Shown here: positions 19,489-27,491 of the stretch, piece after piece | Layout: the number at the start of each line of letters is the position of its first letter | Numbering within the stretch: the stretch's first letter is position 1 | NCBI GenBank assembly: GCA_002794465.1 | Contig: MTSL01000063.1 | Span: 44,244-71,734 of the forward strand | Direction: 5' to 3' | DNA: 27,491 nt | From: Paramicrosporidium saccamoebae KSL3 | Lineage: Eukaryota; Fungi; Cryptomycota | Notes under the pieces: model-generated | What the model saw: only the letters and a program-made list of their open reading frames with translations | What the model was told of the DNA's origin: nothing | Database searches by the model: none | Position numbers and translations under genes: made by a program

Positions 19489-20040
19489 ATGCCAAAAAAC
19501 AAGACTAAAGTCGTCAAGGACACCAAGAAGAATGATATAGATAATTCTAGCAATTCTGCTTCGTCAGATTCCGATGCTCCCAACACAGCGGAAGGTTCTC
19601 TGGGCTTGATCATGTCCAAGCTGCTCAAGACTAACACGACCAGCACACCAGTCCTCTCCAAACGAAAGGCCGTGGAACGCCAACTCGAAGAGGAAAAGTT
19701 GGATAAACGCGCTCGGGCTCTCGTTAGACAAGAGCTGAGGGAGAAGAAGGACTCTGCCCATCGGGTGCCGACGATGGAGGATGGCAATTATGAAAAGGGA
19801 CTCAAGAAATACGCCAATAAAGGGGTGGTGCAGCTGTTCAATGCCGTGCAACAGCATCAACTGAACAAGGAACGTGCTGAAAAAGCTGCCAAGGAGGCTA
19901 AAGAGGCTAAGAAGAAGCCTTCCAGCCGAGCCGATCCCAAAGACGGTACTTACTCCTCATGTTCTGACAATTTAGTAAAGGAAGTGTCAAAGGCCAGTTT
20001 CTTAGAATTACTAAAAATGAGCAGTCGCAAACCGCAATAA
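19489..20040 (+). CDS. RRP15: Ribosome biogenesis protein Rrp15
   Basis: Signature EKGLKKYANKGVVQLFNAVQQHQ and SKASFLELLK. Likely start MPKNKTK at 19489; the upstream in-frame part of the ORF overlaps member 4. Confidence 0.9.
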   Translation: MPKNKTKVVKDTKKNDIDNSSNSASSDSDAPNTAEGSLGLIMSKLLKTNTTSTPVLSKRKAVERQLEEEKLDKRARALVRQELREKKDSAHRVPTMEDGNYEKGLKKYANKGVVQLFNAVQQHQLNKERAEKAAKEAKEAKKKPSSRADPKDGTYSSCSDNLVKEVSKASFLELLKMSSRKPQ

Positions 20041-20069
20041 AACAAAATAGATCGGCCGGGGAGCGAGAG

Positions 20070-21665
20070 ATGCAGTTTATAGTGTTCACAGGCATATTGC
20101 ATGTAGTGGCGGCCTTGCGCGTGATGTTTACTCCGAGGCAGCTAATTCAGCAGATGGGGGGAACGCAAATCAAGCTCATCTTTCAGACTTTTGAGATTGT
20201 CGAAGAGGGTATATATCTCATAGCGGCGCTCTTGAAAAGCGACCACTATGACTTTGTTCGACACTACTCCTTTTCTGAGCCCAAAGAACGACTTTTGTTG
20301 CTTGCACCTTTTGGTAAGCGTTTGGAACTTCATTCCAACATTTTTTGTCTCCCAAAACTGCTGGCCAACGCGGCGCTCGTCCGTCGATTGCTGCGTCCTG
20401 ATGCAGTCTATGCCGATTTGCTAGTCCGAAAGTGGCCGCACCGGCAGCCACGCATTGATCGTCTTGCTGGAAATGAGGTTCTGTTCAAGTTGGCCCTGAC
20501 CAAGTCGATTGCACAGATGGGCCGATTAGAGTCGCTGCGATGGCTCGACTGTGTACTTTTACTTTCTTCAGATCAGCATGCCGTCTGGCTTCTGGACATG
20601 CTTACCCCTCACATGACGCCAGAGATGATGGTTTATTTTATGGAAAGGGCCCTGACAATTGCGACTTTGGGGCAATCCCTGGAGATTGTAAGTGACAAGA
20701 TCCAGGAATACATGAAATCCGAAAACTCTTTGGGGGCAATTCAAGTGCTACTGGCGGGTTGGCATTTGCAGATGAATAGAGAACTTTCCAATTCCCACTT
20801 ACTCTCCCAAGCTTCAGTCAATCTAGGTCTTGTCTATGACCCCTCCACGGAGAAGACGTTGGATGATTACAAAAAAGTATTGGAATTTTGCTTCAGTTCA
20901 CTGGGTGCGCAAATTATACCATCAGCGCGTTCCTCCGTCTGGTCAACTTTTGCAAATGTTATTAGCAAATGTCTTGACCACGTCGTGAGTAATATGAGCG
21001 AGGTTATGGATGCTGCTCAATTTGTTCTCCAATGCGGCGTCCCCGACCATATCCCGCCCTTTTATTCCAGACGGATTTACAAGTCTCTTCGGAGAATCTC
21101 CTTGTCCAGTTCCTCCATCCTTCCACCCGATACTCTGCCCATCTTGCCAGCCATATATATGCCCATTGCTGCCCTTCCACTGGAAATGCGTCTCAAAAAG
21201 TGGCTCTATGAGGCGCCCCTTTTAGCCACGTCTTTTAGAGCTTGCCAAGAGTTTACGGACAAGTACCTGCGTCACTTTATGTGGAGCGTCTATCATGGAA
21301 TGGGTCAACTACCACTCAATTGTACGCCCCACCCCGTTGGAACGTGCAATAGCATAAGCTTCAGTGATGCCATCCTGACATTTGCCAGAGGGCTCATACA
21401 AAACGGACCGGTGAATGCAATCAACCTCCTTGTCATAACAGCTTCCTGGCCCTATGCCATTATGGCGAGGGAGAAGCTGGATTTAAAGCTCTTCTTCCCA
21501 CCAGACGAGCAAGAAGGGTGCTGGGCCTCTCTCTCGAAACGGCTGCAGGGCGTTTTAAAAGCATCTCCCATACCGATCATGTTTTTTATTAAGCGGCTCG
21601 GTTTTACACGCTTTTTCTCCCCCGTAGAGATCCGACAGCTTATCGATAGCTCTTGTAATATATGA
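20070..21665 (+). CDS. Secreted paralogue family member 5
   Basis: MQFIVFTGILHVVAALRVMFTP; LHSNIFCLPKLLAN, WLLDMLTPHMTP, LPLEMRLKKWLYEAP, FSPVEIRQLID. Confidence 0.85.
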   Translation: MQFIVFTGILHVVAALRVMFTPRQLIQQMGGTQIKLIFQTFEIVEEGIYLIAALLKSDHYDFVRHYSFSEPKERLLLLAPFGKRLELHSNIFCLPKLLANAALVRRLLRPDAVYADLLVRKWPHRQPRIDRLAGNEVLFKLALTKSIAQMGRLESLRWLDCVLLLSSDQHAVWLLDMLTPHMTPEMMVYFMERALTIATLGQSLEIVSDKIQEYMKSENSLGAIQVLLAGWHLQMNRELSNSHLLSQASVNLGLVYDPSTEKTLDDYKKVLEFCFSSLGAQIIPSARSSVWSTFANVISKCLDHVVSNMSEVMDAAQFVLQCGVPDHIPPFYSRRIYKSLRRISLSSSSILPPDTLPILPAIYMPIAALPLEMRLKKWLYEAPLLATSFRACQEFTDKYLRHFMWSVYHGMGQLPLNCTPHPVGTCNSISFSDAILTFARGLIQNGPVNAINLLVITASWPYAIMAREKLDLKLFFPPDEQEGCWASLSKRLQGVLKASPIPIMFFIKRLGFTRFFSPVEIRQLIDSSCNI

Positions 21666-21938
21666 TCACTGACAAAAACATTGCTGGGAGACTTGGAGGT
21701 TATTAGTATTGCGTGGTGGGAGTGGGGCCATGGTGTCAACATAAATGAGCGACAAGGAATTGTTTATTACGCTGGCATAGTGCCAATTTTCCATTCCCCG
21801 CTTCTGATTTTTAGTTCCACATCTGATCACAACGGAGAATACCCAACCAATCCTTTCACTACTCAGTTAGGAGGTTGTGATCACAAGGGTCGGGCGACTT
21901 GCCCACTCGTTATATTATATTCATAGTTAATTTTCCTA

Positions 21939-23474
21939 ATGAACAATTTGATCATGATTGCTATCCTGTATTTTGCTTATTTATCCCTTGTGGGAACATT
22001 CAAGATTAAAATTTGTCCCAAACACTTGCTCCGCACTGTCGACTATATCACCTTGGACGTGATATTCCAGACCTTTTCCCTGGAATTGGACCATGTCATT
22101 CCTATAGTGCGCATGCTACGTTATCCATGGTACGATTTTAATCAACACTATGTACAGTACACGGAAACTTTGGCAAGATTTGATGGCCTAAAGAAGCTTT
22201 CTATTTTTGAGGAACTTCATCCCGCCCTCTTTCCGACAACAAAGCTGCTGACTAATCCTCTCATTGCGGCATTATTCTTTCCGCATGGACAGCCATATTT
22301 TGGGAATTTATTAATCCCCTACCGCGAACCAGACGGAGAATGGCAACTAGACAAGGAAACATTATTGAGCATGTTTGTACATGCTGGCAGGAACTTGAGC
22401 AAGATGGAATGTAGCAAATTCCTTGAAACCTTTTTTGAAAATATTGATTCGGAGCGTACTGCCGTCTTATTCGACTCACTTAGAGGACACATGACGCCGT
22501 TTCTCTTTACTATATTTATGATGCATTCCTCGCCGGCCGTTCTACTTCCCTTAGCTGACAGTTACATTCAAGAATCTATGAACGACAACGTAGAGAGCTG
22601 TCTGCGATTTATGATAGTCAGTCGGACAACCCTAATGCCGGGCCAGCCTATAGGAGATTTGTCACCGATAACGTGCAGTGCGCTACTAAAGTCGCCAGTG
22701 CATCCTTCCAAAGTGAAAGTATCAGTCGAGTTACTCCAAGGGATGTTGCAGGTAGGGCCATCTCGGAATGATTTCAGCTTTTGGGAGACGTTTGCTGTCT
22801 TTCTGGTAGTGATGCTCCGGAAACCTAATGTCAATGAAGTGGCAGTATCCCAAATCGCCACGGAATTCCTTAATGTCGTTCCAAGTAGGGCTCTCTGTCC
22901 CATGACAGCAACATGGCTATTCACCGCCATCTCGGAAAGCTATCCCAGCCTTAATGGAATAATCAAGAAAAAGTTTGAGACAAGGTTCTGGCCGCCGATG
23001 CAGCTCTCACTGCTGGATCGACTTGCACTGTGGATGCGGGACGGACCTCTGATGGTGGACGGAGTAAGAAGCCTTTATTGTACTGTAGATGAATTCCTGG
23101 ACATGCTATCTTGGTCCTTGCGCAAATTCCCCATCAATAATGTCGGGTATTTTGAAGGGGACGGCTCGCGCCGACTACAGGACATTCACATTGAGCATGC
23201 GAGAGCTTATATACGCAGTGGCCGAGAGTGCTACACCAACAAACGAGTCCTTCTCATTACAGCTTGGATTTACTTGCTGGCTGAAGGTCAGAAGCTGAAC
23301 TTTGGGAAATTCTTTACCGAGTTTCAAAATGCACAGGATTGGTCCAAAGTCCGAATATGCGGCTCCCTCCTCGAACCACAAGTCCTTCATGCACTGGAGA
23401 CTTGGAGCATTTCCGTATTTTTCACACCAATGGAACTCCGACAGCTAGTTGACTTTGACTTTGTGACGCCGTGA
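21939..23474 (+). CDS. Secreted paralogue family member 6
   Basis: MNNLIMIAILYFAYLSLVG; LHPALFPTTKLLTNP, LFDSLRGHMTP, LWMRDGP, FTPMELRQLVD. Confidence 0.85.
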   Translation: MNNLIMIAILYFAYLSLVGTFKIKICPKHLLRTVDYITLDVIFQTFSLELDHVIPIVRMLRYPWYDFNQHYVQYTETLARFDGLKKLSIFEELHPALFPTTKLLTNPLIAALFFPHGQPYFGNLLIPYREPDGEWQLDKETLLSMFVHAGRNLSKMECSKFLETFFENIDSERTAVLFDSLRGHMTPFLFTIFMMHSSPAVLLPLADSYIQESMNDNVESCLRFMIVSRTTLMPGQPIGDLSPITCSALLKSPVHPSKVKVSVELLQGMLQVGPSRNDFSFWETFAVFLVVMLRKPNVNEVAVSQIATEFLNVVPSRALCPMTATWLFTAISESYPSLNGIIKKKFETRFWPPMQLSLLDRLALWMRDGPLMVDGVRSLYCTVDEFLDMLSWSLRKFPINNVGYFEGDGSRRLQDIHIEHARAYIRSGRECYTNKRVLLITAWIYLLAEGQKLNFGKFFTEFQNAQDWSKVRICGSLLEPQVLHALETWSISVFFTPMELRQLVDFDFVTP

Positions 23475-23669
23475 CACTGGGTAGATATAATGGTCCGTTG
23501 CATGAAAAACTCATTTCCAACTAACCATTCTGGGAATGGACCTATCGATGAATCTGGACACTTGGATTGGCTGGCCCAGGCGGATATGAAATGATTTCCC
23601 TTCCATATCGGCTCAATCAGATTGCCACAGTGGCGTGTATAAAAATGAGCATTGGGAGGGGGGAGGATA

Positions 23670-24563
23670 ATGAGATTTACTGCCGCTGCCCTTCTGTGTT
23701 TTGTCGCCAGCTGCACCGCCAGCCGTAAGAGCTTTGCCGAGAAGCACAGCCAATACCTCAGCGAATTCACAAACCATAGTTCCGAGGGCTCCAACTCTGG
23801 AAGCGGAGTGAGTCATGATAGTTGGTCGAGTTCAAACTACTCTTCCGAGGAAGACCATCCCCGCGACTCTGCTAAATGGACCAGGCCGTCCGAAAAAGAG
23901 AGACGGGGAAATTCGAACAGCCGTAAACTCCGCAAGGTATCCAGAATGATGCCGGGCCGCAAGTTGGAGAATGAAAAGTATCCGAACCGGGTCCTTAGCA
24001 TTGCTCTTGCTGACTACATTGAGGATGAGAACATTAAAAAGCTGTTGGTGGAGCGCGTCAAACGCCAGCCTGATTTCGTGGCCACAGAGCTGCTGAAGAC
24101 TCCGTCTGCAGATCTGTTGCAATATATTGCTCAAACCATCGAAGCCAACCCCGACAAGCTCACCACTGATCTTAAAAAGTCAGCCCCATCAACAAAGAAT
24201 GATTGGACAGGGTCTGTACAGCCCCTGCGCACCGTGTCATCAAGAGTGAGACGTCAGAAATCTACGGAACGGCGTCATCGTACCAAGTCGAGCCAATCAG
24301 TAATCTCGACGCGTCAGGTGCAAAACAAGGATCTCGAGACCCTCTCTGAGCGCTTTGCCATCCTCCGCAACCTCCATAAGTACTCCCGACCCAACGAGCG
24401 ACTTGTAAAGCTGGTTGCCCGTCGTAATGTGGATCGTGAAAGTCAGCTCCAAGAGCGAGTTGCAAAGGATCCCAATTATCTGGTCCGACGCTTTTTGAGA
24501 TTGGACTCGAATGAGAGCAAGCCTGTTGATCGTGTCCGGGAAAGGCTTGGCTACACTGCATAG
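23670..24563 (+). CDS. Secreted Ser-rich/basic protein of unknown function with a two-copy internal repeat
   Basis: First ATG at 23670 gives the signal-like MRFTAAALLCFVASCTAS. A Ser-rich linker and basic clusters follow; ERVKRQPDFV resembles ERVAKDPNYL. Confidence 0.75.
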   Translation: MRFTAAALLCFVASCTASRKSFAEKHSQYLSEFTNHSSEGSNSGSGVSHDSWSSSNYSSEEDHPRDSAKWTRPSEKERRGNSNSRKLRKVSRMMPGRKLENEKYPNRVLSIALADYIEDENIKKLLVERVKRQPDFVATELLKTPSADLLQYIAQTIEANPDKLTTDLKKSAPSTKNDWTGSVQPLRTVSSRVRRQKSTERRHRTKSSQSVISTRQVQNKDLETLSERFAILRNLHKYSRPNERLVKLVARRNVDRESQLQERVAKDPNYLVRRFLRLDSNESKPVDRVRERLGYTA

Positions 24564-24997
24564 AGCGATGCACTCCTTAATAAATAACAATCCTATTGAT
24601 GAGCAAATTGGCTTTATTAAAGGCGCAATTTTAGACTACCATGCTGGATCGTAGGATCGCCATCTGAGTGAGATTCCTTACTCAAAAGTGTGTCACGTAG
24701 TGGGTAAGCTATTGCGGGCTTTTCATGCGGGAAGAGAACCCGCTCACTGTTAAGCCAACGGCCTTTTTATAGTCTCGCAAATAACATAATCCTAAAATCC
24801 CCAGCTAATCGATTCACTCTATCACACGCATACGCCTTATTCCAACCAAGAAGTTGTCCTAAAATACCCAAATAAACAGCCTTATACATCACAAGCGGAT
24901 ACTCTTCCTCAATAACCCCTTGCTGGACCTTAGTAGATGTACTCACAATATACCTTCTCATACTGACTTTAATTCTTTAATTAATGACGACTTATAA

Positions 24998-26527
24998 ATG
25001 CTACTGGCAGTGTTGGCAATCTTTGCACTCCTCTGCCACAGTCTCGTCATTATATTTACGCCCAACCGCCTACTGAGACATAATGGAGAGGAGCTGGTGC
25101 GGGCTGCAATCGCTTCCTTTGCTGTGGATGTTGATACTTTGCATTTGGTGGCCCGACTGTTGGCCTTTCGTTCGTTTCGATTCCATGAAATTTACGACCG
25201 CCTCTGCGAGCCGCCCGATCGGATTGAGCTGTTGAGGCGTTTTATCCAAATGACCAATTTACATGGGACCATCTTTAGCGTGGCCAAGCTCAATCGGAAC
25301 CTGCTATTGGCTCGCTCGGTCTTCCAGGCTCCCTATGGGGCGTCATTGCTGAGCTCTTACGGTCTCAAGGCCAGCACCTTTCTATTCGACCGGGCAACAC
25401 AGATTCGGGTCTGGAAAATGGCCATTACGCAGCTCGGCCAAATGGAGACGACCAAATTCTTCCATACATTGGCCAAAGGCAAGGACGGAGATAATTGGAC
25501 CTATCTCGTGGAAATGATCGATCCGACAGAACTGACACCCGACATTCTCGCCACCATGTTTATCTATGAGCGAACACCCTTTCTGTCCAACCGAATTCGA
25601 GTTTTGCGAGATTATCTGATCACGTCAACTACGGAGATTGATGGATTCATTCGGGGTCTTTGTGTGCTTTATGCAATGGGGAAAAAGACCCACGATCGTC
25701 TTGTCCCGATCAAGACACTGGCCCTAGAGCTGGTTCATAAAGTGTCTCCTCGGGATAAAAATCACAGCAAAAAAGATTTCTTCAATCAAGTCTACAACCA
25801 ATTGGTTACTATTACGGAATCCATTAGGACGCGCTCTCTGTGGGGGGTGCTTGCCTTTATTGTCGGCCATAGGTTTGACTTTGCCGACGCGGACCCGGTG
25901 GATCTTCTTGATCGGGTGCGTTGGCTGCTGGAACAGTCTGCCCCTGATATGATGTCCCCCGCTCTCTCCCGTCGATTATTGTTGAAGCTAAAGCCGACCC
26001 TTCAATCCCCAACAGTGGATATGGAGCTTCCATCACACTATCTGCCTCTCACATGTCTCGATCTCGACACTCGACGGGACACGTGGCTACGGAGAGGCCC
26101 TTTCCGATGGTCGTCCATCCCTAAAAAGTTTAAATTTCCCTCTCTCCTCAAGTTCCGACAGAGAATGGCGGCGAGGATTCCCACTCTCTATCTGAATGCG
26201 GTGGCTGGGATTACTGTGAAAAATCGTGTGAGAACCCATTCGCTGCCTCACTTAATGACAAAACTCACAGATTCTCAGCTAAGGGATGCATTGATAAAGC
26301 CGTATATGGCGCATTTTGTTCTCAATGCGCTTCCTTATTTTATCCTCGCCAGAACCAAGGGAAAGCTCCATAAGCTGCTTGCTTGCGATCTGTCCAATTG
26401 GGAAGAGTTTTTCGAATATACATTGAGAGTCCTGGGGGTGTCGGCCAGAGAAAAGGCTTCCGCCTGGCATCTTGAATCCTACTTTACATTTGCCGAGTTT
26501 TGCTCATTAGTTGCAATTAGTGAGTAA
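24998..26527 (+). CDS. Secreted paralogue family member 7
   Basis: MLLAVLAIFALLCHSLVIIFTP; LHGTIFSVAKLNRN, ELTP, DTWLRRGP, FTFAEFCSLV. Confidence 0.85.
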   Translation: MLLAVLAIFALLCHSLVIIFTPNRLLRHNGEELVRAAIASFAVDVDTLHLVARLLAFRSFRFHEIYDRLCEPPDRIELLRRFIQMTNLHGTIFSVAKLNRNLLLARSVFQAPYGASLLSSYGLKASTFLFDRATQIRVWKMAITQLGQMETTKFFHTLAKGKDGDNWTYLVEMIDPTELTPDILATMFIYERTPFLSNRIRVLRDYLITSTTEIDGFIRGLCVLYAMGKKTHDRLVPIKTLALELVHKVSPRDKNHSKKDFFNQVYNQLVTITESIRTRSLWGVLAFIVGHRFDFADADPVDLLDRVRWLLEQSAPDMMSPALSRRLLLKLKPTLQSPTVDMELPSHYLPLTCLDLDTRRDTWLRRGPFRWSSIPKKFKFPSLLKFRQRMAARIPTLYLNAVAGITVKNRVRTHSLPHLMTKLTDSQLRDALIKPYMAHFVLNALPYFILARTKGKLHKLLACDLSNWEEFFEYTLRVLGVSAREKASAWHLESYFTFAEFCSLVAISE

Positions 26528-26613
26528 TGGCTTTGAGCATGAAATGGGACGATTAGTATAAAGACTTGTACGTTGTATAATAGTGCAATAGTTATCACAA
26601 ATAACTGGGTTGC

Positions 26614-26788
26614 TGCGTAGTGGGGACACTACCACAGACGGGAAGGGGGCTTGTTCGCTGCTAATCCTAGAATATTATGGATGCACATGTCGCGTAGTGG
26701 GAATGATACCACGACCCAAGTCATACGTAAATCTGTTCACTGCTAATCCTAGAATAGTATGGATACACATCTCACTGTCCTCAAAATA
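26614..26788 (+). repeat. Dispersed non-coding repeat, copy 3 (partial tandem duplicate 26614..~26688 plus 26692..26788)
   Basis: GCGTAGTGG...CCACAGACGGGAAGGGGGCTTGTTCGCTGCTAATCCTAGAATA matches copy 1. A second unit carries the perfect 55-bp core. Confidence 0.9.
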
Positions 26789-26904
26789 CATGCAACATTG
26801 TAGGCTACACAGTCCTGGTTGCCAATTACAACAATTGGATAAATCTGATCGCAGACTGCGCCTTAATTTACTTTACAAAACTACTGGCGAGATTAAGACT
26901 GCCG

Positions 26905-27491
26905 ATGAGGCTGATGCTGCTGGTGGGGTTGCTTCCACTGTTTCTCTGCATTCAGGTCATTGTCACCCCAAACCAACTCATTAGTCAATGTACCGTCGGC
27001 AGCATTCGCATGCTTTTTCAGACCTTTGAAATTGTGGAAAGCACCATTCCGTCAATAATGGCATTGCTACGATATCGACGATACAATTTCAAACTGCCAT
27101 ACGAAGAGACTTACGAATCACCAGAGCGCGTTATCTTATTACGCAAATTGTATACGGACCACAATTCGCATGACACGCTATTTGGAGCATTGAAGTTGGT
27201 GACCAATCCGGACCTTTTTCAGTTCGAGTTGGGCTATGCAGGAAACTTGCTAGCACAGGATTGCAATCTCAGTAGCAAACATTCCAGACTTATCCCACAA
27301 TGCATGGTCGACCATGCGGTGCAGGAGGTTCAAAAGATGCAATCACGAAAGTTTCTCAAGACGCTCATATATGGACTGGACGACAGTCAGCAACGTGCAT
27401 TATTGGCTTCCATGGCCAATGTCATGACGCCAGCCATCATGGAGCTCTTTCTTCATGTCACAATTGCCAAGGAACAGTCAATGCTAAATGG
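26905..27491 (+). CDS. Secreted paralogue family member 8 (runs off the window end; absent from the supplied ORF track)
   Basis: Manual translation from ATG 26905 is open to the window end: MRLMLLVGLLPLFLCIQVIVTPNQLISQCTVGSIRMLFQTFEIVESTIPSIMALLRYRRYNFKLPYEETYESPERVILLRKLYTDHNSHDTLFGALKLVTNPDL...ANVMTP. Confidence 0.85.
   Translation, partial: MRLMLLVGLLPLFLCIQVIVTPNQLISQCTVGSIRMLFQTFEIVESTIPSIMALLRYRRYNFKLPYEETYESPERVILLRKLYTDHNSHDTLFGALKLVTNPDLFQFELGYAGNLLAQDCNLSSKHSRLIPQCMVDHAVQEVQKMQSRKFLKTLIYGLDDSQQRALLASMANVMTPAIMELFLHVTIAKEQSMLN

Noticed and set aside
19440-19787. N-terminal 116-codon extension of ORF 17871..19787
   Set aside because: It is antisense to RRP15, and the family N-terminus aligns from ATG 19439.
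24767-24961. 64-aa minus-strand ORF in the spacer before member 7
   Set aside because: No recognisable motif and within the length expected by chance; cannot be supported without expression data.
7015-27491. Functional link between Dicer and the adjacent paralogue array
   Set aside because: Adjacency alone is weak evidence in a gene-dense eukaryotic genome; no shared sequence or regulatory feature supports it.
1-27491. Autonomous transposon, prophage or rRNA
   Set aside because: No transposase, reverse transcriptase, integrase, capsid or rRNA signatures were recognised in any ORF or spacer.

Overview
Gene-dense eukaryotic (fungal-like) DNA with very short intergenic spacers and tiny GT-AG introns of 31-34 nt. 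This architecture fits a compact Rozellomycota or early-microsporidian genome such as Paramicrosporidium or Mitosporidium, but that assignment is inference only. The left ~11.6 kb holds housekeeping genes: Stm1/SERBP1, Swd1/RBBP5 (2 introns), tRNA-Cys(GCA), a catalytically degenerate EEP-fold membrane protein, Nse3/MAGE, Cdc20 and a Dicer with a decayed helicase (1 intron). The right ~15.5 kb is an array of at least eight intronless, strongly diverged paralogues of ~505-530 aa. Each has an N-terminal signal peptide and an unrecognised conserved N-terminal block. Their C-termini resemble, by eye, a HECT N-lobe lacking both the E2-binding subdomain and the catalytic C-lobe. RRP15 and one unrelated secreted basic protein are interleaved in the array. 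A short dispersed non-coding repeat with a 55-bp core occurs at three sites, and several local tandem repeats are present. No CRISPR array or transposase was found. All homology calls are by-eye motif recognition; no searches were run.
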